IMG/VR virus record: IMGVR_UViG_3300034063_001003
Coordinates: 1 to 62,070 of that record
Strand: one strand, 5' to 3'
Source of the DNA: a virus
Taxonomy: Duplodnaviria > Caudoviricetes
Length of the DNA stretch: 62,070 nucleotides
Shown in pieces: positions 53,669 through 62,070 of this stretch; positions within the stretch are counted from its first letter, which is position 1, and each line of letters begins with the position of its first letter. The notes under the pieces were generated by a model. That model did not search any database. It was not told the origin of the DNA and worked only from the letters and a program-made list of their open reading frames with translations. The translations under genes and the position numbers were made by a program.

Positions 53669-55735
53669 ATGAAAGACAAGATGATGGGCGACGACGACGT
53701 CGAGAACGTCGGAATCATGCAGGGGTTCATGGACTCCATGAGCGAAGACGAGGATGAGGGCGAGGGCGAAGACCAGGATGAGGGCGAGGGCAAGTACCTC
53801 GAACGCCGTCCGGATTCCCCCGAAATCCTCATGAACAACCTGCGCGGGGACATGCGCTCGATCGACGCGCGCCGCGACGAACTGGCCGACATGGTCGGCT
53901 ACGCCGCTGCCACGGAGACCCCCGAGTCCGTGCTCGCGATGCTCCAGCCTATTCTCGCCCAAGGCGGCGGGATTGGCGCGCTGCCCCCTTCACAAGCCAT
54001 GGCCCAAGGGCCACAGCCCCCGATGGCGCCTCCTGGGCCCCAAGGAGCAGCCCCTGGCGGCCCGCCTCCTGGTGCACCGCCCATGGGCCCCGGCACACCG
54101 GGCGCAGAGATGGCGCCTCCCCCTGCGGACGGCGGCATTGCAGCACTCTTGGGCGGCGCCGGCGCGCCCCCGGCAGAAGGTCCGCCGCCCGTGCAGATGG
54201 CCCGCGGCGGCTACGTCCAACATTTTCAAACGGGGTCTGATCCGAGCGGCGTGACCCCTGCTGACGGTACCGCTCGGGAAGACGAGAACATGCTGTACGA
54301 CCCTGCGATGGTCAGCAGTGCCAAAGCAGAAATGAACAAGCTCCTGACGCGGTCCCCTGCCGCTGTGCCAACCCTGACAAAGGCCATGGAGGCGCGTCTG
54401 CCGGAGTACCAGAAGGCGTTGGGCGCTGACAGGAAGCTGTCGGAAGCCCAGATGCTGTTTGAGCTGGGCCAGCGGGCCTTTGGCTTTGCGGCCAACGTCG
54501 ACGAAGGCGGTCGCCCGCTCAAGGGAAGTTTCTTCTCGCGCCTGGCAGGGGCCACCAAGACGCTGCCGACAGCGATGGGCAGGCAATTGGAGGCCATGGA
54601 CAAGATTGACCGCCAGATCAAGGTACTGGCCCTCCAGCAGGGCGAGAAGGACATTGACCAGGTCGTCACCCAGAACAACGAACTGCTCAAGCGCAAGACT
54701 GACATCTTCAAGGACGTCCTGCGCGCTGACGCAAAACTCCAGGCTCAGAAACTCAAGATGGGCGAATCGATCTTCGGCAAGGGCGACTTTGAATGGAACA
54801 TCGTCAACATGCCCGGACTTACCGAGAGGTATGCACAGGGCCTGACCAATCCCGCAGAAGACAAGCTGATGGCTTCTGCCATCATGAAGTTCAAGCTGGG
54901 ACGGCAAGAGCTCAGAATTCACCCTGTCACGAGAATCCCCGACATCGTGCAGGTGCCGGGCGTGCTCCCCGACTTTGTGGCGCAGGCCGAGGCGGCGCGC
55001 AGGAGACTGGGGCTGCCGACAGCGCCGCAACCTGTGATGAACCCCGCGGCAGGGGCGCGCCCTGCTGCTCCGGAAGCGGGTGCCGCGGCTCCTGCCGCAG
55101 TGCCCGCTGGTGCAGCGCCTGCGGCAGGGATGCCCGCGCCTGGGGCTCCGGCGGCTCCGGCTGCAGGTGCGCCCGCAGGTGCGCCCGCAGGTGCGCCCGC
55201 AGCAGGTGCCGCGGCTCAAGGACCACGGCCCATGACGCTGTGGGCCACCCGGACCGATGTAGCGGGCCCAGGCGCGGCGGCGGTTGCCGGCGTGTCAGCC
55301 ATCCCTGGGCTGGGCGACCCTGCATCCTCAGTGACGATGGCACGCAAGAATGCTGAGCTTCTGGCAGAACGCTTGAAGGAGGCCATGCTCAAGAGCGTGG
55401 CCGGCAGTGTCTGGGAACAGAAAAACATCGACAAGGTCATGGCGATCCAGCCAAGCGCGTGGACTGACCCTGACGTGTACGGCACGCGTCTCATTACTCT
55501 TGGCCAGGCGCTTCGCGAGGGGATCGCGTCCTACCAGAAGATGGGGGCCGACAATTCTGGGCTTACTCCAGAGGACAAGGGCAAGGCGCGCGAAAAAGCC
55601 ATGGAGTACCAGAAGTTCCTGGGCCAGATTGGCCTTCCTCCTGCTGCGTACACAATGGAGCAGCTCAATGCTCTGCGCCGGCAAGGACACAGAGAGGTCC
55701 TCTGGCAAGGTATCACGCCCATCAAGCAGAATTAA
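53669..55735 (+). CDS. Internal virion protein
   Basis: Acidic N-terminus, TPESVLAMLQP, Pro/Ala linkers, MARGG motif. Confidence 0.7.
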   Translation: MKDKMMGDDDVENVGIMQGFMDSMSEDEDEGEGEDQDEGEGKYLERRPDSPEILMNNLRGDMRSIDARRDELADMVGYAAATETPESVLAMLQPILAQGGGIGALPPSQAMAQGPQPPMAPPGPQGAAPGGPPPGAPPMGPGTPGAEMAPPPADGGIAALLGGAGAPPAEGPPPVQMARGGYVQHFQTGSDPSGVTPADGTAREDENMLYDPAMVSSAKAEMNKLLTRSPAAVPTLTKAMEARLPEYQKALGADRKLSEAQMLFELGQRAFGFAANVDEGGRPLKGSFFSRLAGATKTLPTAMGRQLEAMDKIDRQIKVLALQQGEKDIDQVVTQNNELLKRKTDIFKDVLRADAKLQAQKLKMGESIFGKGDFEWNIVNMPGLTERYAQGLTNPAEDKLMASAIMKFKLGRQELRIHPVTRIPDIVQVPGVLPDFVAQAEAARRRLGLPTAPQPVMNPAAGARPAAPEAGAAAPAAVPAGAAPAAGMPAPGAPAAPAAGAPAGAPAGAPAAGAAAQGPRPMTLWATRTDVAGPGAAAVAGVSAIPGLGDPASSVTMARKNAELLAERLKEAMLKSVAGSVWEQKNIDKVMAIQPSAWTDPDVYGTRLITLGQALREGIASYQKMGADNSGLTPEDKGKAREKAMEYQKFLGQIGLPPAAYTMEQLNALRRQGHREVLWQGITPIKQN

Positions 55736-55757
55736 CCAAGGCAAGACGGGGTTTCGC

Positions 55758-58700
55758 ATGGATGAGAACGAAGCACAAGGTCAAGCGCCCTCTATCCCTG
55801 AGGGGTGGAGTCCTGTTGGCGGTTCACCAAACTTGAGGACGATTACGGAGCCTCTAAAAGGCTTTGATAGCGCCCCTCTCCCGGAAGGCTGGACAACAAG
55901 CAGGCCGACGTTGTCCCAACGCGCGGAGCAGGTCGGCATTGGCACTGTCCAAGGCGCAGCTCGTGACCTGCCTATTTTGACTGGCGCCGTAGGGGGCGCG
56001 CAATTTGGCATAAAAACAGCGCCTATGGTGGCGCCTGTCTTGGGCCCGTTCACACCTGCCTATCCGGTCGCCACGACCCTCTTTGGCATCGGTGCCGGGT
56101 ACTTGTTTGGCCAAGAGCTTGACCGCTGGTTTCCTGCTGTGCCGCGGGACGATCTGGTGCCCTACCGCGAGGGTGCAAAGACCTTTGGCTCTGCCCTTTC
56201 CACCGCGCCGGCGGCATTCGCCATTCCTCAGATGACGGCCAATCGGGTGGCTCGAATCCTGTCCGCGGTCGGAGAGTCGGCCCGCCGAAGCCCAGGTGTT
56301 TTCATGGCAACAGAGGCCGGCACTGCCGCTGCTATGGGGGTAGCGGGAGGAATTTCAGAGGCCTGGGCGCCGGGGCAAGCAGGAACCCGTTTTATGGCGG
56401 AGACCACTATGGGGGTTATCTCTCCAGGCAGACTGCTGGTGGAGGGCACGAACCTTACCAAGCAAGGTCTTCAGTATGCTCGCGGGGCGAAGGCCACGCA
56501 GTCCGTTAGAATGGAAAACAAGGCGGTGAACATCCTGCTCGATGCCTTGGAGAAAAACAAGGAAGACCCAGCGGCACTGATCGCGGAACTGCGGCAGCAA
56601 TTGCCTCGGGGCGTTGCTCCGACCGCTGCGCAGAAGACGGCCAGTCCTACTTTGATGGACCTGGAGAAGTCGCTGGGGGACTTCCACAAGCAGTTTGGCG
56701 CGCAGACGGCAAAGCAGGGCAAGGACGCGATGGCGGCGTACGAGCTTCTCATCGAGAACCTGCAAACCATGACGGGCAACCCCGCCGCACTGCGGGCGGC
56801 GGCCCAGCTTCGTGACACCAGGTTTCGCGCCACGTTGGACGCGCGCCTGGCACAGGCTGACGCCAACTCCGCGATGAAGATCGCGCAGATCACCAAGGAC
56901 ACCCCAGCCGCGCGAGCACAGATCGGCGACATTATCAAGACCGAAACAGAACTCGCACTCAGCCAGGCAAGGATGGCCGAGCGCGAGCTGTGGACCGCGG
57001 CTATCAGGGACCTGACGCGACCCGTGCAGAAAAAGACCTTGACGACAGTGCAGACTGGGTGGGACTACGGCAAAGACCGTCCTAAGACTACCACCTTCCA
57101 AGACGTGAAGCTGGTGGCACCAAGCCTTGCGCCGAGGCAAACTGCTGACCTCTTCTTGGCCCGCGCAGCAGAGGTCGGTGATGCGGTCTACGACCAGGCG
57201 GTCCCCGACATGGTTCGCAGGATCATGGATAGCTTCGGGTTGGACCAGGCGGCTGTGCGGAAGTACAAGCTTGGGCGCAACACGCAAGAGTTCTTGGACA
57301 CCGGCAAAGTTCCATCCTCCTTTGTTGCCACACCAAAGTCTGTTCCGCTGGCCGAACTGGTCAACTATCGCTCCAACCTGTTGGAAGCAGCGCGCAACGA
57401 TCCCGCCAATGCGGAGATGTATGCCAAACTGGCTGGATCGATGCTTGACGATCTAAGCACCGTCAATAATCCTATTCTTGATCAAGCGCGCGCTTTTTCT
57501 AACGCGCTGAACGACACGTTCACACGTACTTTTGCAAAGACCGCTTCCATTACTGGGGGCAAGGTGCGGGGTGGAGCGGAAAAGCTGCCCGCTGAAATCT
57601 TGGTTTCGCGGGCATTTGGCTCGAATGCAGACGTCACCATGCAGCGGATGGAGCAGATTGAAGACGCCGTCAAGTTTCTTCGCACGCAGTACGACGAGGC
57701 GGTGACCAAGTTTGGCACGAACAGCCCTCAGGCGCAAATGTTCAAGCCCATGGCCGAGCTGTCTGATATGGGCGTCGTGTCAGTTCGGGATGCGCAAAAT
57801 CGTGTGCTGCGTCTTCTCGCCGCTGACGCGATTGAAACCGTGTACGACAAGGCCAAGGGCGTCAATGTCCAACAGTTGAATACGGCCAAACTCACGCGCT
57901 TTACCCAGCAGAACGAGACCATGCTCAATAGGCTGGGCATCATGGACGACTTGCGCGACGCCACACGTGCACAGAACCTACTGTTGCAGGTTAAGAGCCA
58001 AAACGATGTGATGGCAGACACTATCCGCAAGCAGACGGCGTTTGCGCAGGTCCTCTCTGCTGAAAGTCCAACCAGGGTCATTGGCGACATACTCAACAGC
58101 CGCAACCCCGTCAAAGGCTTTACTCAGGTCGTGAAATTGGCGAGGGCAGCGGGACCAGACGCAATGGATGGCCTGCGAGCATCCGTACTGGACTACGCCT
58201 ACACAAAAGCAGGAGGCATGTCGAGCTCATTGCAAGCCGGCAGCGGGGCGAACAAGTTCAGTATCTCCGCCTACAACGACGCTCTCTTTGAGCCGCTGTC
58301 ACGCACACAACCGTCGATAGTCAACATGATGCGCGCCAGCGGGGCGATGACGGCGCAAGATGTTCAAAGGTTAAAACAACTGATCGACCCGATGATGAAG
58401 GTTGAGACGGCGATCAAGAACGGCATCCCAATCGACAACCTCATTGAGGGAGCGGATGCTGTCACTGATTTGGGCCTGAAGTTGGCTGGTTCTGCGATTG
58501 GTACCAGGGTCGCCTCCGGAGCCACACCTGGCGGGGGCAACTCGCTGATCGCCGCTGCGGCCGGCTCCAAGGCGATCCGCCAAATCTTCGACGCGCTGCC
58601 CAACGCGACTGTGCGCCAGGTCATGGAGAACGCTGCCAAGGACCCGGAGCTGATGGCGTTGCTGCTCGAAAAGGGCAAGACAGCCAAGCAGCAGACCAGC

Positions 58701-59072
58701 ATTGCCAACAGGTTTCTCGACAAGCTGGGCGCCATGGGCGTGGCGGTCGGCCGTACCGCGGTGACTCCTGCGCTGAACTACATCGCGCCTGAAGAACCAC
58801 GGCCCTCGCAACTGCGAGACACCGTCCAGCCCATCTTCACCCCGCAGGGCCAAGCAGCGCGTCAGTTGCGTCTGATGCCCGTGGCCCCCAACACCCGTGG
58901 GGTGCCTGGCGTGCTGCCGCCCAAGGGCCCGCAGGGCCAGGCGCCGCAAGGCGGTGGGGGTGGTGGTGGTGCACCCAACCCCAGCTCGCGGTCGATGTTC
59001 CAGCAGCTCTTCCCGTTCGACACGGTCAGCCCGCTGGTGGCTGCTGCTCAGCAGCCCGCTCCGCCGACGTGA
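55758..59072 (+). CDS. Large internal virion / ejection protein
   Basis: Start ATG 55758; helical, last gene of the late operon. Confidence 0.7.
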   Translation: MDENEAQGQAPSIPEGWSPVGGSPNLRTITEPLKGFDSAPLPEGWTTSRPTLSQRAEQVGIGTVQGAARDLPILTGAVGGAQFGIKTAPMVAPVLGPFTPAYPVATTLFGIGAGYLFGQELDRWFPAVPRDDLVPYREGAKTFGSALSTAPAAFAIPQMTANRVARILSAVGESARRSPGVFMATEAGTAAAMGVAGGISEAWAPGQAGTRFMAETTMGVISPGRLLVEGTNLTKQGLQYARGAKATQSVRMENKAVNILLDALEKNKEDPAALIAELRQQLPRGVAPTAAQKTASPTLMDLEKSLGDFHKQFGAQTAKQGKDAMAAYELLIENLQTMTGNPAALRAAAQLRDTRFRATLDARLAQADANSAMKIAQITKDTPAARAQIGDIIKTETELALSQARMAERELWTAAIRDLTRPVQKKTLTTVQTGWDYGKDRPKTTTFQDVKLVAPSLAPRQTADLFLARAAEVGDAVYDQAVPDMVRRIMDSFGLDQAAVRKYKLGRNTQEFLDTGKVPSSFVATPKSVPLAELVNYRSNLLEAARNDPANAEMYAKLAGSMLDDLSTVNNPILDQARAFSNALNDTFTRTFAKTASITGGKVRGGAEKLPAEILVSRAFGSNADVTMQRMEQIEDAVKFLRTQYDEAVTKFGTNSPQAQMFKPMAELSDMGVVSVRDAQNRVLRLLAADAIETVYDKAKGVNVQQLNTAKLTRFTQQNETMLNRLGIMDDLRDATRAQNLLLQVKSQNDVMADTIRKQTAFAQVLSAESPTRVIGDILNSRNPVKGFTQVVKLARAAGPDAMDGLRASVLDYAYTKAGGMSSSLQAGSGANKFSISAYNDALFEPLSRTQPSIVNMMRASGAMTAQDVQRLKQLIDPMMKVETAIKNGIPIDNLIEGADAVTDLGLKLAGSAIGTRVASGATPGGGNSLIAAAAGSKAIRQIFDALPNATVRQVMENAAKDPELMALLLEKGKTAKQQTSIANRFLDKLGAMGVAVGRTAVTPALNYIAPEEPRPSQLRDTVQPIFTPQGQAARQLRLMPVAPNTRGVPGVLPPKGPQGQAPQGGGGGGGAPNPSSRSMFQQLFPFDTVSPLVAAAQQPAPPT

Positions 59073-59730
59073 GCCTCTCCATCCACTGAGCCTTGAATGC
59101 GGACCATTCACGGCCAGTGGTGGTGAACTCCTGAGTTGTGCCATCCTGCACGGCAATCAGCACAGCGCCAAAGTCAATCTGCGTGTCGTACATGCGGTCG
59201 TGCGCGATCGCGTACGCCGCAAGCTGGTGGAAGTAGTCGGTGATGTACTCGTACCGCTTGGGCTTGACAGACTGCTTGAAGTCGACGATGGCCAGCTTGC
59301 CTCGGTACGTGGCCACCAGGTCGGTCGTTCCGGCATACCGGTGCCCAAAATGCAGGTTTATCTCCGAGCCATAAACCGTGGTAATTTGGCTAAAGTATGC
59401 ATCAACGAGCTTGAGTGCCATCAGGTGGCCCTTCATAGCCAGCCAGTCAGCACCAAACGTCATCGGCTCGCCCGTCAGCACGCTCTCCAGCGTCGCGTGC
59501 ATGTGCGTGCCGACGTAGGCCGCCTGCCCCTTGATCCTGTCAGCCTCCGCCTGCCCGACGCGGTCGGCCCATTCTTTGAGCTTTGCCTTGTCCTTCGTGC
59601 GGTCCAGGATCGTGGTGACCGACGGGACATGTACAGAATCTTCGGTTTTGTAAACACGTCCTGACGACGTGTCCATCCGGTCCAGTTTCTTGTACCCGAA
59701 TTGGTGCGACCAGGGGATCAAATGAGCCAT
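59026..59730 (-). CDS. PD-(D/E)XK exonuclease (RecB/Cas4-like fold)
   Basis: PSVTTIL, GTHMH, YAGTTDL, IVDFKQS, QLAAYA. Confidence 0.85.
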   Translation of the reverse strand: MAHLIPWSHQFGYKKLDRMDTSSGRVYKTEDSVHVPSVTTILDRTKDKAKLKEWADRVGQAEADRIKGQAAYVGTHMHATLESVLTGEPMTFGADWLAMKGHLMALKLVDAYFSQITTVYGSEINLHFGHRYAGTTDLVATYRGKLAIVDFKQSVKPKRYEYITDYFHQLAAYAIAHDRMYDTQIDFGAVLIAVQDGTTQEFTTTGREWSAFKAQWMERLTSAERAAEQQPPAG

Positions 59731-61169
59731 TGTTTGAGGTCCTCTCCCAGCACCTGGGTTGCGATGTTGATCTTGTCACGCAGGGCCTTCACGATCTTCT
59801 CATCCACCGTGCCTGGCGAGATGAGGTCGATGTAGGTCACGTTCTTGGTCTGCCCGATCCGGTGTGCGCGGTCCTCGGACTGCAAACGCTTTTCCAGGTC
59901 AAAGCTGTTGCTGAAGTAGACCATCGTGCTGGCCGCGGTCAGGGTCAAGCCGTAGCCGCCCGTGCTCGGGTTGCCAATGAAAAAGCGCATGTCACTGTCA
60001 GGCTTTTGGAACTCCTCCAGCACACGCTTGCGCTCGTCCCCATCGGTGTCGCCGTAGTACGTGCCGATGGTGTTCATGCCGTACTCTTTGGCCAGGGCCA
60101 TCTTGATGGCTTCGATGTCGTGTCGGTACGTGGCCCAGATGATGATCTTGCCGTCCGTCTCCTCGACCAGGCCAAGCAACTCCTTGATCCTGTTGTTGGG
60201 CAACTCTACCACCGTGCCGTCGTCCATCTTCACGTGGCCACAGACGATCTGGTGCATCCGCATGATCTGCGTGAGTGCATTGACCGTGCTCACCAGGCCG
60301 CCGTTGATCTGCGCCAGAGCCATCGTCTTCATCTCGTTGTAGGCCTTGACCTGCTCGTCAGTCAGGTCCACCTCACGCTTGACGTAGAGCTTGTCCGGCA
60401 AGTCCAGGCACTCTTCCTTCTTCACGCGAAACGCGAAGCGATCGAGCTTTTCCTTGAGCTCATCAAGGCGCCTGTAGCCGACGATCTGCTTGAAGCTGTG
60501 CGTGTTGAGCTGGCGCTCCACGGTCACAGCGTAGCGAGCCTGGAAGACGTAGTAGCTGCTCGTGTTCAAGCAGCCGTCAGACAGGAAAGCACATTGTTGG
60601 TACAGGTCCATCGGGCTCTTCGTGACCGGGGAGCCTGTCATGATGCGCCTGAACCGCGCGCCACGGCCCACCTTCTCGGTGTTCTTGCTGCGCGTCGATG
60701 TGGGCGTCTTGATGGTCGTGCTCTCGTCGACTGCCATGAGCGCGTTGTGCACCAGCAGGAACCGCTTGGCAAAGGCTGTGCCCTTGGGCGTGCTGAAGGC
60801 CTCGACGTTCATCACGAGAATCTTGAGGTCCTCTGTGACGGTGAACAGGTCATCGAGCGCCTGCTGCTCGGCCTTGCGTGGGCTTGCTGCCCAGATGGCC
60901 ATGCGGTAGACCACGTGCTCGGGTAAGTGCTTAGGGATTTCAGTGTCGTACCAGTTGCGGTAGACGCCCTTGGGGGCTACGATTAGCACCCCGTTGATCT
61001 TGCCCGTGTCGTAGAGCATGGCCGCGTTGTTGATCAGCATGAAGCTCTTGCCTGTTCCCATGTCGGCGAACAGGGCCGCAACTGGGCAATCCCAGAAGCG
61101 CTGAAGGTAAGCCTGCTGATGCAAAAACGGCTTGTTCTTGAACGGGTACGTCGAAAGAAATTGGTTCAT
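59718..61169 (-). CDS. SNF2-family helicase
   Basis: DMGTGKS, VDES, TGSP, GGYGLTLT, QSEDRAHRIGQ. Confidence 0.92.
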   Translation of the reverse strand: MNQFLSTYPFKNKPFLHQQAYLQRFWDCPVAALFADMGTGKSFMLINNAAMLYDTGKINGVLIVAPKGVYRNWYDTEIPKHLPEHVVYRMAIWAASPRKAEQQALDDLFTVTEDLKILVMNVEAFSTPKGTAFAKRFLLVHNALMAVDESTTIKTPTSTRSKNTEKVGRGARFRRIMTGSPVTKSPMDLYQQCAFLSDGCLNTSSYYVFQARYAVTVERQLNTHSFKQIVGYRRLDELKEKLDRFAFRVKKEECLDLPDKLYVKREVDLTDEQVKAYNEMKTMALAQINGGLVSTVNALTQIMRMHQIVCGHVKMDDGTVVELPNNRIKELLGLVEETDGKIIIWATYRHDIEAIKMALAKEYGMNTIGTYYGDTDGDERKRVLEEFQKPDSDMRFFIGNPSTGGYGLTLTAASTMVYFSNSFDLEKRLQSEDRAHRIGQTKNVTYIDLISPGTVDEKIVKALRDKINIATQVLGEDLKQWLI

Positions 61170-61193
61170 GATGTCTCACTTTCTGGCAGGGGG

Positions 61194-61223
61194 TTGCGGG
61201 TCCCTGAAAAGATAGTGTACACT
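61194..61223 (+). promoter_or_regulatory. Promoter in the divergent intergenic region
   Basis: TTGCGG-N18-TACACT; AGAAAG leaders on both strands. Confidence 0.45.
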
Positions 61224-61254
61224 GCATGTCCGCTTTTAGAAAGGAGAAATAAAA

Positions 61255-61599
61255 GTGCCAAAGGTATATGTCGTCTCTGAGACTTCGCAACACAACATTG
61301 CGAGCGCCTTGGATTACGGCCAGATCGAAACCATCCTGCCATTCAATGCGCAGATCGCCTTTTCTGTCGTCCCGACAGTACGGCGCATTCAGCGCAAACT
61401 CGAACGCTTCACCGACGAGGACTTCTTGCTTCTCATTGGTGATCCGTCTGCGATAGGTATCACCTGCGCAGTAGCAGCCGCGAAGAACAACGGCCGCTTT
61501 AAGTGCCTCAAGTGGGACAAGCGTGAGAGACGCTACATCCCGTTGGAGGTTGATCTTTTCAAGAAAGGAGAATCTGATGAGTCTTACGAATTTATTTGA
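61255..61599 (+). CDS. Conserved phage hypothetical protein
   Basis: GTG start after AGAAAGGAG; DFLLLIGDP..I...LKWD. Confidence 0.75.
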   Translation: MPKVYVVSETSQHNIASALDYGQIETILPFNAQIAFSVVPTVRRIQRKLERFTDEDFLLLIGDPSAIGITCAVAAAKNNGRFKCLKWDKRERRYIPLEVDLFKKGESDESYEFI

Positions 61600-62070
61600 G
61601 GAAGATGCCGGTGCCCTGCAAGTTTCTGACGAGCAGGTAACAGGCATCGCGGGCCTTGCAAAGCGAGCCAAGCTTCTTGAGAAAGAACTTGCTGACCTTG
61701 AGAAGACCGTCTCAGAAAAGTCTGAGCAGTACCGCAAGCTCACTGAGCAAACGATCCCCGAGGCCATGGCCGAGGCGGGCATGAAGAAGTTCGTGATGGG
61801 CGACGGCTCAACCGTTGACATCAAGCCCTTCTACAGCGCGAGCATCCCCAAGGCGCGGCAGGAAGAGGCCTTCCAATGGCTGCGCGATCGGGGCTTTGAT
61901 GACCTGATCAAGAACACCGTGAGCGTCCGCTTTGGGCGCAACGAAGACGAGCTTTGCGTTCGTCTACTGAGTCTCCTGGGCCAGCAAGGCTATCCTGCTG
62001 AGCAGGCACAGAAGATCGAACCCCAGACCCTCAAGGCCTGGGTGAAAGAGCGTGTCGAGAAGGGTGACCA
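61577..62070 (+). CDS. Replication-module protein spanning the circular junction (continues to TGA at 196-198)
   Basis: MSLTNLFEED...AFQWLRDRGFDDLIKN...IEPQTLKAWVKE...FGVYIGQKATIKTK, read through the terminal overlap. Confidence 0.8.
   Translation, partial: MSLTNLFEEDAGALQVSDEQVTGIAGLAKRAKLLEKELADLEKTVSEKSEQYRKLTEQTIPEAMAEAGMKKFVMGDGSTVDIKPFYSASIPKARQEEAFQWLRDRGFDDLIKNTVSVRFGRNEDELCVRLLSLLGQQGYPAEQAQKIEPQTLKAWVKERVEKGD
61945..62070. repeat. 126-bp direct terminal overlap, copy 2
   Basis: Identical to 12-137. Confidence 0.95.

Noticed and set aside
55407-55757. N-terminal extensions from the ORF track (also 119, 2578, 6261, 7942, 18890, 44609)
   Set aside because: They overlap upstream genes; downstream ATGs with RBS or translational coupling are the more plausible starts.
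59026-59730. Cas4 as evidence of CRISPR-Cas
   Set aside because: Stand-alone phage PD-(D/E)XK exonuclease without the Fe-S cysteines or any cas context.
1-62070. tRNA genes, integrase/attP, methyltransferase, alternative genetic code
   Set aside because: None recognised by eye, and genes read intact in the standard code. tRNAscan and HMM searches would be needed to exclude them fully.

Overview
The window is an apparently complete tailed dsDNA phage genome of about 61.9 kb. It is GC-rich and probably podovirus-like; a betaproteobacterial host is an inference. Bases 12-137 repeat exactly at 61945-62070, so the contig closes into a circle and one ORF runs across the junction. Modules: (1) replication: SNF2 helicase and PD-(D/E)XK nuclease on the minus strand, then an SSB-like protein, AEP primase, UvrD-like helicase and a family A DNA polymerase with Leu at the 762-equivalent position; (2) about 30 small accessory genes at 6.3-13.5 kb; (3) an AT-rich inverted-repeat locus with an IHF consensus (about 13.9-14.2 kb), followed by TerS and a VRR-NUC-like nuclease; (4) an island of separately promoted genes (15.5-19.8 kb) ending in a dense non-coding CCWGG repeat array and a parS-like site just before TerL; (5) late genes: TerL, a polyvalent LPD23/zincin/PcfJ-like protein, portal, GroES, scaffold, capsid, adaptors, tail fibre with S74 chaperone, holin, lysozyme, tail tubular protein and large internal/ejection proteins. 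I see no integrase, tRNA, CRISPR array, reverse transcriptase or methyltransferase. The most notable signals are: a recurring [FMYL]-A-x-G-G motif shared by otherwise unrelated virion proteins (candidate processing or sorting system); several structured RNA leaders, including a double pseudoknot after the capsid gene; the CCWGG array with its parS-like site; and a repeated promoter-hairpin-AGAAAG expression cassette. All family calls come from motif recognition by eye, not database searches.
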